23,384 bases of DNA from Sulfurihydrogenibium sp. (GTDB taxonomy: Bacteria; Aquificota; Aquificia; Aquificales; Hydrogenothermaceae). The translations under genes were made by a program, and so were the position numbers. Of the stretch, positions 10,403 to 17,871 are shown piece by piece. The stretch covers positions 1 to 23,384 of the forward strand of contig JBBIPN010000015.1 in NCBI GenBank assembly GCA_037442825.1, in the 5' to 3' direction. How positions within the stretch are numbered: the stretch's first letter is position 1; every line of letters starts with the position of its first letter. Below the pieces are notes generated by a model that did no database searches, was not told where the DNA came from, and was given only the letters and a program-made list of their open reading frames with translations.

Positions 10403-11179
10403 TTAAGATTCTCCATTTTTCTCTATGTTTTTAGCTTCTTGCCAAAGGTCTTCCATTTCTTGAAGTGTAAGTTCTTCAAGCTTTTTACTTTTTTCTTTTG
10501 CTTTTTTTTCCATATAGTTGAATCTATTAACAGTTCTATCATTTGCTGAATTTAGAGCTTCCTCTGGATCTATGTTCATAAATCGTGCTAAATTTACAAC
10601 TGCAATAAGTAAATCTCCTATCTCATGTACTTGCTCTTCTTTTGTTTTTGCATTTTTTAGTTCATTTATTTCTTCGTATAATTTTTCCCATACTTGATTT
10701 ATATTTTCCCAATCAAAACCAACTTTTGCCATTCTATTTTGAATTTTTAAAGCTCTTAAGATAGCTGGCATTCTTTTAGGAATACCTTCTAAAATAGATT
10801 TTTTCTCTTTTTCTTTTAATTTGTGCCATTGGTTTAAAACTTCCTCTTCAGAATCTAATTTGTTATCGCCAAAAACATGTGGATGTCTTTTGATTAATTT
10901 ATCTATTAAATTATCTATTACAGTATTTATATCAAATTGACCTTCATCTTTTTTTATTTGAGAATGGAATACAACTTGAAGTAAAACATCTCCAAGTTCT
11001 TCTATCATTTTATTGTTATCATTTTCTTCTATTGCTTCTAAAAGTTCATAAGCTTCTTCTATAAGATTGTTTTTTATAGATAAATTAGTTTGCATTTTAT
11101 CCCAAGGACATTCTCTTCTTAACTTTTCAACTAAATCAACAAGTTTTTGAAAAATTTTTCCTTCTTCTCTACACTCCAT
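10403..11179 (-). CDS. mazG: Nucleoside triphosphate pyrophosphohydrolase MazG (two-domain)
   Basis: LRRECPWD, EEAYEL, EELGDVLLQVVFH, KLIKRHPHVF, GFDW and EIGDLL. Confidence 0.95.
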   Translation of the reverse strand: MECREEGKIFQKLVDLVEKLRRECPWDKMQTNLSIKNNLIEEAYELLEAIEENDNNKMIEELGDVLLQVVFHSQIKKDEGQFDINTVIDNLIDKLIKRHPHVFGDNKLDSEEEVLNQWHKLKEKEKKSILEGIPKRMPAILRALKIQNRMAKVGFDWENINQVWEKLYEEINELKNAKTKEEQVHEIGDLLIAVVNLARFMNIDPEEALNSANDRTVNRFNYMEKKAKEKSKKLEELTLQEMEDLWQEAKNIEKNGES

Positions 11180-11185
11180 ATATTT

Positions 11186-12766
11186 TTAACTTTTAAAAAA
11201 TTTATAAGCTATTATAACAAATAGTATATATGATAAGTACTGATAAAAAGTTGCTAGTTGATGATTGTTAGATAAGTATAAGATTGAAGAAGAAACTAAA
11301 AATGAAAAAAATATTATGGATAAAACTATTTTGTTTATTTGGTTTGTATAGTATTCTTTAATTTCTTCTAAATCTTTAAAAATTATTCTTAATGTCAATC
11401 GTTCTATATTTAAAAGTTTTATAATTTTATCTAATTTAAAAGATAAGTTATAGTAGAAATTTACAATATCAACCACTTCATTAACTTTTTCTTGGATATA
11501 GTCTTTTAAAGATTTTCTTAAAAACTTACTTAATCTCTCTGTTGGGTTAAAGAAAGGGTCTAACTGTCTTATTAATCCATCTAAACCAATAGATGCTTTT
11601 CCAAGGTATGCAAGTGTAGTAGGTAATTTTAAATTACATTCTCTTACAAGTTCTATAATTTCTAAAACCATATTTTTCAAATTTATATTTGCTAATGTTT
11701 TATTGTAGTATTTGTCTATAAAAACTTCAACAAAAGATTCTAATTTATCTAAATCTGTTTTTGGTGTAATCATTTCCATTCCTTCATAGAAGTTCATAGC
11801 TAAAGCTTTATTTTTATTCACAACTGCAAATATATGTTCATAAAGTAGTTTCCTTTTTTCTCCTGATAAGGTTCCAACCATTCCAAAATCCAATAAAACG
11901 ACTGTTCCATCGTTTTTTATGAGTAAATTACCTGGATGTGGATCTGCATGATAAAAACCATCATTAAAAACCATTTTATAATATGCATCTGTTATCAATG
12001 TTGCTATTTCTTTTGATTTTTCAGATGATAGAGATACTTCACTTATTTTTTTTCCTTCAATATACTCTAAAACTAATACATTTTTTGTTGAAAATTTTGT
12101 ATAAACGTTAGGTATATAGAATTTTTCGCTAAAATTTTCAAAGTTTTTTTTGAAAGTTAATATATTTGATGCTTCTATCTCAAAATCTGCTTCTCTTAAA
12201 GTTGTGTATTTATACTGAGAAATTACACTTTTTAAATTTAGTTCCTTTACAGATTTAATATGTTTTTCTAAGAAAGTTATAATATTTGAAAAAATTTCTG
12301 CATCTAAATTTATTAACTCTTCTAAATTTGGTCTTTTCACTTTTATAGCTACTTCTTTACCATTTTTTAATCTTCCTTTATAAACTTGTGATATAGATGC
12401 TGAACCTATCGGGTTTGTATCTATGTAATCAAAGATTTCTTCTAAATGGGCATTTAAATCTTCTTCTATAATCTTTTTTATTATCTCAAAATCAACAGGT
12501 TTTACTTTATCTTGCAATTTTATAAGCTCTATAATAATAGATTGTGGAATTATATCAGGCCTAATACTTAAAATCTGTCCTAGTTTTATAAAAGAAGGTC
12601 CAAGTTTTTCTAAGGTTTCTCTAATTTTTTTAGGTCCTATAGAAGAGTCTATATCTATACCAAATAAGGTTTTAAAATAGCTATAAATATTATGAATACC
12701 AAGTTTAGAAAGCTCGAAAGAAATTTCTTTAAACCTTTTATAAAGCTTTAACTTTTTATTAAACAC
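11186..12766 (-). CDS. AarF/ABC1/UbiB-family atypical kinase
   Basis: LGPSFIKLGQILS (KxGQ), SASISQV, VAIKVKRP, HADPHPGN, LLDFGMVG; two C-terminal TM helices. Confidence 0.92.
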   Translation of the reverse strand: MFNKKLKLYKRFKEISFELSKLGIHNIYSYFKTLFGIDIDSSIGPKKIRETLEKLGPSFIKLGQILSIRPDIIPQSIIIELIKLQDKVKPVDFEIIKKIIEEDLNAHLEEIFDYIDTNPIGSASISQVYKGRLKNGKEVAIKVKRPNLEELINLDAEIFSNIITFLEKHIKSVKELNLKSVISQYKYTTLREADFEIEASNILTFKKNFENFSEKFYIPNVYTKFSTKNVLVLEYIEGKKISEVSLSSEKSKEIATLITDAYYKMVFNDGFYHADPHPGNLLIKNDGTVVLLDFGMVGTLSGEKRKLLYEHIFAVVNKNKALAMNFYEGMEMITPKTDLDKLESFVEVFIDKYYNKTLANINLKNMVLEIIELVRECNLKLPTTLAYLGKASIGLDGLIRQLDPFFNPTERLSKFLRKSLKDYIQEKVNEVVDIVNFYYNLSFKLDKIIKLLNIERLTLRIIFKDLEEIKEYYTNQINKIVLSIIFFSFLVSSSILYLSNNHQLATFYQYLSYILFVIIAYKFFKS

Positions 12767-13604
12767 CTTGTTCTTCTAAAAGCTCTTTCATTTGATTAGC
12801 TATATTTCTTATCTCCCACTGTGCATGTGGTATAGTTCTTTTTTCTATAAAATCTTTTATCCAAGGTATAGGTGCAGATACTACAATGGTTGTTCTTCTT
12901 CCTGTTGGTAGTATAAATCTTGCATCTTCTCTTTTAATTTTATACTGATATACTAATATGTTGTATACCTTTTGGCAAAACTCATCTGTTAATCTTACGA
13001 TACTCTCAGCTTTTTCTTTTATGCTTGGTGGTATTATTAGATAGTTATCTTCTTCTTTTACATACCTTTGGCTTCTTTGTGAAAAGTTAAGTGCTGTATG
13101 TCTAACAATTTGATGTGTAAGTGCTCTGCTTATATTATCTATATAAAAAACTGCATAACCGTCATAATCTTTTAAGATGCCTATTAAAACAACGTTTTCT
13201 CTTGTCCCAAGTGGTTTTATTGGGACATCATACTCTGCTAACTTTTCAAATGCTTTATAATAAGCTTCTTCATCTGTTTTTAAAAGCTCTTCTAAGTAAT
13301 GTCTAAGTGATATACCTATAACATCTGGATATTTAATGTTATAATGAGATTTAAAATGCATGGCTGCAATCTTCAATGCATTCATCTCGCCTACTTTTTT
13401 ATAAGTAAAGGAATGTGCAAAAACAGAAAAATGTTTATAATTGCCAAGTTTTGATAAAAATTTAGCTCTTGTATCTTTATCTATTACTCTTGGGTCCTCT
13501 AAAAGTGATTGTAAATCTCCATCATTATAGCAAACTCTTGCCCCAAGTGATGCAAAAGGGATTGACATCTTAAAGTCTTCTAAGCTAAAAAAATCAAGTA
13601 ACAT
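12759..13604 (-). CDS. thyX: Flavin-dependent thymidylate synthase
   Basis: ISRALTHQIVRHTALNFSQRSQRYV (variant ThyX motif), EDARFILP and HAQWEIR; AAGGAGG RBS at 13609-13615. Confidence 0.88.
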   Translation of the reverse strand: MLLDFFSLEDFKMSIPFASLGARVCYNDGDLQSLLEDPRVIDKDTRAKFLSKLGNYKHFSVFAHSFTYKKVGEMNALKIAAMHFKSHYNIKYPDVIGISLRHYLEELLKTDEEAYYKAFEKLAEYDVPIKPLGTRENVVLIGILKDYDGYAVFYIDNISRALTHQIVRHTALNFSQRSQRYVKEEDNYLIIPPSIKEKAESIVRLTDEFCQKVYNILVYQYKIKREDARFILPTGRRTTIVVSAPIPWIKDFIEKRTIPHAQWEIRNIANQMKELLEEQGV

Positions 13605-13615
13605 TTAACCTCCTT

Positions 13616-14366
13616 TTATATTCCTGGTAATCTCGGGATTTTACCGAGTTTTGATAATTTATAGTAAATGCCCCCAGCTTTTTTTAATCCAATGACCGAT
13701 TATAGGTAAAGTTATTAAGGTAGCTTTTTTATTATTTCTATAAGCAAGTTTACCACCATTTCCCATATCCATTAAACACAATATATTTATATGTTCTATG
13801 TATGTTTTTGGATTTTCTTTTTCTAAACCTTCTTTTAAAGCTATATTAAATGCTGTATTTCTTGCCATTACTTCGGCTAAATGTCCTTGTTTTGCTTTCC
13901 ATTCTGGACCTTCCAGTGATACACAATCTCCTATAGCATATATGTTTTCACAATCTTTTACTTTATTATCTTCTAACTTTTTTGTATATGAGATAATTTC
14001 TTCTGGATTACCACAAATAGAATAAGTACACTCTATGTCTTTATGTTTAAATTTTTCCTGACCAATGGCTACAACTAAATAATCATAATCTTTTCTTTCT
14101 CCATTTTTTTCTAATACAAAACCATCTTTATTTACTTTAATAACTTTATCTTTTGTAAATTTAAATCTGTGAATTTTTGAAAGTTTCTCGATAGGTATTA
14201 TCACATCATTGAAATTTTTTTCTTTTGTAGGCAACCAAATAGATATAGGGTATACAAATAGGTAATCCCTATCTGAAATTAGTTCAACATCAAAATTATA
14301 CTTTCTCAAAAATATAGTAGCTTCTATACCAGCTATTCCACCACCTAAGACAACTATCTTTTTCAT
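13616..14366 (-). pseudogene. FAD-dependent oxidoreductase (SQR/NDH-2-like flavoprotein) with a probable large in-frame deletion and a 3' frameshift
   Basis: GGGIAG Rossmann motif, YDYLVVAIG, NIYAIGD and KQGHLAE, but only 235 aa. Removing one G from the G5 run (13671-13675) restores SWGIYYKLSKLGKIPRLPGI* ending at 13616, immediately before the thyX RBS. Confidence 0.8.
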
Positions 14367-14377
14367 TTCTATAACCT

Positions 14378-14725
14378 TTATAAAGATATTAGAAAATCTT
14401 TTTCAGTAAATTCTTTAAGTTTATTTTCCTTGAATAAATTGATTGATTCAATAACTGGTTTATTTTTTAGCTCACTAAAGTATGCTTTTATATTTAACTC
14501 TTTTAAATGTTGGTATGCTCCTTGACCTAAATGATTAGTTATGATAGATTTTACATTTTTTGATGATAAAAAATTAGCAACATCTTTTCCATTTAAATAT
14601 TTATTTTCAACTATTTCAAAGCTATTGTTCTCTAAATCATAAACCATAAAAATCGGTGCTTTCCCATAAGCTGGAGATAAAATATACTCATCTTTAATAT
14701 ATTTAACAGCTAATGCTATTTTCAT
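14378..14725 (-). CDS. NifB/NifX-family (dinitrogenase FeMo-cofactor domain-like) small protein
   Basis: MKIALAV...SPAYGKAPIFMVYD...IVEN and IITNHLGQGAY...L match the family pattern (usually HFGRAP.F and I..GxGA); 115 aa. Confidence 0.8.
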   Translation of the reverse strand: MKIALAVKYIKDEYILSPAYGKAPIFMVYDLENNSFEIVENKYLNGKDVANFLSSKNVKSIITNHLGQGAYQHLKELNIKAYFSELKNKPVIESINLFKENKLKEFTEKDFLISL

Positions 14726-15138
14726 TTTTATCTTCCTTTGTCATTTACTTATATTATAAACTTAAATATATAAAAAATAAATTATTAACTTTTAAGGATA
14801 TTTATGTTTTTAACGTTTTATCATTTATCAACTCTTTAAAAGCTCTGGAATACGACAACATAAAAGAATGTTTATACTCTTAAAAAAATCACCTTTACAA
14901 GAAAATAAATTGAAAAAATAGAATGCTTTTAATCTGCTTTTATTTTGCTTGTTTTCTTATTTTTGACCTATAAAGTTTTTTGGGTTTTTCAAACTACTTC
15001 TCAAATTAAATGTACCATGTTTATTTGATTTATCTACTCTAATCTATTGAACCACTTAACCAAAGATCTATAGATAAGAAAATCTCTGTCTAAGCAGTGT
15101 ATTATCTGAAATTGCTTCTCCTTATTATATAATTATTT

Positions 15139-16722
15139 TTACTCTAATCCATAAATTTCCATATCCTTAGGTGCCTCTATGGAAAATTTAACTTTAAGAA
15201 CTTTCTTTTCTTTAGGATTTAATTTTAAATTCCACTGAATAATACCATTTTCTTCAATTTTTGCTTCTCCTTCTTTTGGAAGCTCTCTTATAACCTTTAT
15301 CTTTTCATTGTTTGAAACAGGAAACTGGTCTTTAAGATTAAGATTTATATCTGTCTTTTTACCATTTGTTATATCTATCTCATACTCATAGTTTATTCTC
15401 TTTTCCTTTGAAAGAATACCAGTATACTCTGTAAATTTTTTCACAAGTTTTCTCTCAATCTTCACTGATTCATCTACTCCAAGATTTAGATTCACTTGCT
15501 CATCAGGTAGTATTTGTTTTTTCAAATTTATTTTATTAACAAATCTTCCATCTATGTATATATTCATTACTCCTGATGTTATCGGATAAGGAAGTGGATT
15601 TTTAAAACTTCCATTAAGATGGACATAAGGAGATAGTTTTGGTACTGCTGAATAATTTAGAAGTATATCATTTGTTACTGTTTTTATAGGTATAGAATGA
15701 GGCTTTCCATCTGATACAATACTGACCTTCTTTGGAAGTATGAATGTAAATGAGCTTATTTCTTCTTTTACCTCAGGCTCTTTTTTCTCAATAAATTCTT
15801 CAACTTCAATAGATTTAGCAAGATTCATTCCTTTGTATATAACAGGATGTTCATAGATATCTATATACCATGGATGAAGTTCTGGTAGTGTTCCATAATA
15901 AGGTTTTGCTGTAGATATTTCTAATTGGACATCCTACCAATCTTCTTGGGTATTTTGTGTTATTTTTGCTAAGTGTATAATCTCAAAATTTTTTGATTGA
16001 CTATCTATTTTTAAGTCGTATCTTGGTTTCCAGCTTGCATTATTAACCATGTATGAAAACTCAAAAATATACTCTCCTGGATTATCTGTAGTAAAAATCA
16101 CAGTGGCAACCTTGCTACTATCTGCTGAATTTTTTAACTCTGATATTTCTTTTTGAATAGATTCTTTTTCTTCATTCAGTTCTTTTATTGTTTTTTCTAT
16201 TTTTGATACTTTATCAAGTCTTTCTTTTAAACTTTTTTCAAGATATTTTGCAAAGCTTTCTACCTCTGTTTCTGTAGTTTTAAAGTTTTGTGAAAAAGGA
16301 GTAGATTTTTTCAGAAATTCAATAGATATTTTTAAAGTATCAAGTTCAATTTGATTCTTTGATATTTTTTCTTCTATTTCTTCCAATTTTTTCTCTAGGT
16401 TATCTATTCTTTCTTGGGTAATTATTTTTAAAAATGTTTTCTCAATTTTCACGTCAACTATTTTTATTCCTTTTGAATCTTTTGTTGAAATATTAAGAGA
16501 TTCATCTACTAAATCTGCTGGTAGGTCTGAAATATTCAAAACGTTTTCGCCGGCATGAGCTTTGAATTTAAGTTCTTTTTTGACTATAGCACCCTGGGGA
16601 TAAATGGTTACTTTCTTTAAGTTTACCTCTGGCTTAGTCTCAGAAGATTTGGCATCTACTGCTGCTATTAACAAGAATAGCCATGGCAAGATAATTAGAT
16701 GGATAAACCTGGAAACTTTCAT
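15139..16722 (-). pseudogene. DUF4140/DUF4139 (MuiA-like) exported protein interrupted by one in-frame TAG
   Basis: ORFs 15934..16722 and 15139..15828 are in one frame, and the gap reads EDW*DVQLEISTAKPYYGTLPELHPWYIDIYEHPVIYKG. VTIYPQGA, a coiled coil, ASWKPRYD and LKDQFPVS motifs are present. AGGAGG RBS at 16729-16734. Full length would be 527 aa. Confidence 0.85.
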
Positions 16723-16735
16723 AATAAACCTCCTG

Positions 16736-16930
16736 TCAGTTTTCTAATTTATTTACCCTGCCATCAAAGTATATTTCAACTTTTTCTCCTTTTTTAATTT
16801 CATACAGTTTATTTTTGTTGGGAATGTTAACTTCAACCACTCCTTCAATCACCGATAAAATTGCAGAATCATCCTTTCTCTCTAATTCAAACTCTGTTCC
16901 ACGAACACCGATTACCGCGTGGGGAATTAT
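16736..16930 (-). pseudogene. FecR-domain C-terminal fragment (not in ORF track)
   Basis: Manual translation gives IIPHAVIGVRGTEFELERKDDSAILSVIEGVVEVNIPNKNKLYEIKKGEKVEIYFDGRVNKLEN*, matching the FecR pattern AVIGVRGTxF...VxEGxVxV. No start codon; the frame is closed upstream of about 16981. Confidence 0.72.
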
Positions 16931-17598
16931 CGTCCGACCACTTCTTTTAAATCTTCTCTTTTTGTGGCAACGTTTAATTTCTCAATAGCTCTATCAAAAT
17001 AAATCTGTGGATCGATATCTTTTGCTTCAAAGAGTTTTGCTTCGGATTTACCAGCAAGGGCAAGCCTTACGATATCTGGTCTGTAAAATGCCTCACGGTA
17101 GTTTTCTATGCTATAGATATTATTTCCAATCCTGACATTGAGATATTTGTCTCCGTTTGGTGATGCATTGTAGTAGCCTTCTGGTGTGATTGCCACCCAT
17201 TCGCCGTCTTTAAAACCTATAGACTGGACAATCTCTTTGCCTGTTTTTATATCCCATAATCTGACTGTGACATCATCACTTCCAGATAATACATACCTGC
17301 CATCAGGTGAAAAGTCGACTGAATTAACCTTGTCTGTATGTCCTTTAAATGTCCTAATATCCCTGCTTGTTTGTATATCCCAGAGCTTGACTGTATTATC
17401 CCCGCTTCCAGATAATGCATACCTGCCATCAGGAGAAAAGGCAACTGAGTTAACATCATCTGTATGCCCCAACTGTACAAATACCTCTGGCTTTTCCTGT
17501 GAAAAGGAAAGGCCTGGATTTAACCACCCAACCACAAGGGCAAAAATTATGAAGATTACTTTTTTCATATCAGACCCCTTTTTACCTCTTTGGCTCAT
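16927..17598 (-). CDS. Exported WD40-repeat protein, probably truncated or chimeric
   Basis: Signal peptide from MKKVIFII (ATG 17568), two WD40 repeats (GHTD.VNSV.FSPDGRY.LSGS.D.TV.LWD), then GEWVAITPEGYYNAS...FYRPDIV. Two repeats cannot form a propeller alone. Confidence 0.75.
   Translation of the reverse strand: MSQRGKKGSDMKKVIFIIFALVVGWLNPGLSFSQEKPEVFVQLGHTDDVNSVAFSPDGRYALSGSGDNTVKLWDIQTSRDIRTFKGHTDKVNSVDFSPDGRYVLSGSDDVTVRLWDIKTGKEIVQSIGFKDGEWVAITPEGYYNASPNGDKYLNVRIGNNIYSIENYREAFYRPDIVRLALAGKSEAKLFEAKDIDPQIYFDRAIEKLNVATKREDLKEVVGR
17245..17469. repeat. Imperfect 126-bp-period tandem repeat encoding the two WD40 units
   Basis: TCCAGATAAT-(a/g)-CATACCTGCCATCAGG starts at 17281 and again at 17407 (offset 126 bp = 42 codons). 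Confidence 0.85.
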
Positions 17599-17615
17599 AT
17601 ACCCTTCCTATAAAT

Positions 17616-17643
17616 AGTATAGCACCTGTTTTTTTGTGCTCAA
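17616..17643 (-). promoter_or_regulatory. Putative sigma70 promoter upstream of the WD40 gene
   Basis: TTGAGC (17643-17638), 16-nt spacer, TATACT (17621-17616) preceded by TGn (extended -10); overlapped by the inverted repeat AGCAC-N10-GTGCT. Confidence 0.45.
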
Positions 17644-17807
17644 GCTACTTCAGCCTTTCTACTATCAATTGCGGTGTCCACTGCCTGGTCAAAAACAGAA
17701 CCAGCAAACAAATGTCCTCCAAAAAACACTCCCACAATGATAAGATCTAAAACTACTAAACGTTTTATCTTACCCCTCAGAGTTTTTATTATCTCTACAT
17801 TTATCAC
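17640..17807 (-). pseudogene. Small degenerate ORF with a signal-peptide-like stretch
   Basis: Open frame from GTG 17807 to TGA 17640 (55 aa). After a GAGGGG RBS it reads ATA(17768)-KRLVVLDLIIVGVFFGGHLFAGSVFDQAVDTAIDSRKAEVA*, like a leader peptide whose ATG became ATA. Confidence 0.4.
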
Positions 17808-17828
17808 AGATTTTTTACTTTTTATAAA

Positions 17829-17857
17829 ATTGTATTAAAGTTAATTTCCACTGTCAA
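17829..17857 (-). promoter_or_regulatory. Near-consensus sigma70 promoter
   Basis: TTGACA (17857-17852), 17-nt spacer, TACAAT (17834-17829). Confidence 0.6.
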
Positions 17858-17871
17858 GGTAATTTTCACAT

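Noticed and set aside
10403..13604. mazG plus thyX (plus SNase) as a prophage or anti-phage nucleotide module
   Set aside because: MazG is the two-domain housekeeping type, the genes lie among core genes, and no phage structural or integrase genes are present.
13121..14025. Plus-strand ORFs 13121..13306 and 13798..14025
   Set aside because: Antisense to thyX and the flavoprotein pseudogene, with no independent coding evidence.
14378..14725. Nitrogen fixation locus
   Set aside because: Stand-alone NifX/NifB-domain proteins are common in non-diazotrophs, and no nifHDK or other nif genes are present.
14726..15138. CRISPR array or RNA gene in the long intergenic gap
   Set aside because: Only a short two-copy similarity (ATTTATC-a/t-ACTCT near 14823 and 15028); no regularly spaced repeats and no tRNA-like or GC-rich stem structure.
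15934..15936. Amber recoding or pyrrolysine readthrough in the DUF4139 gene
   Set aside because: TAG terminates gltB (1685), the SNase gene (1133), the GGDEF-EAL gene (6131) and the YgjP gene (19017), and no pyl genes are present; a nonsense mutation is simpler.
17186..17617. ORFs 17186..17617 (+) and 17247..17480 (-), which show internal repeats
   Set aside because: Their repeats simply mirror the WD40 DNA repeat in other frames.
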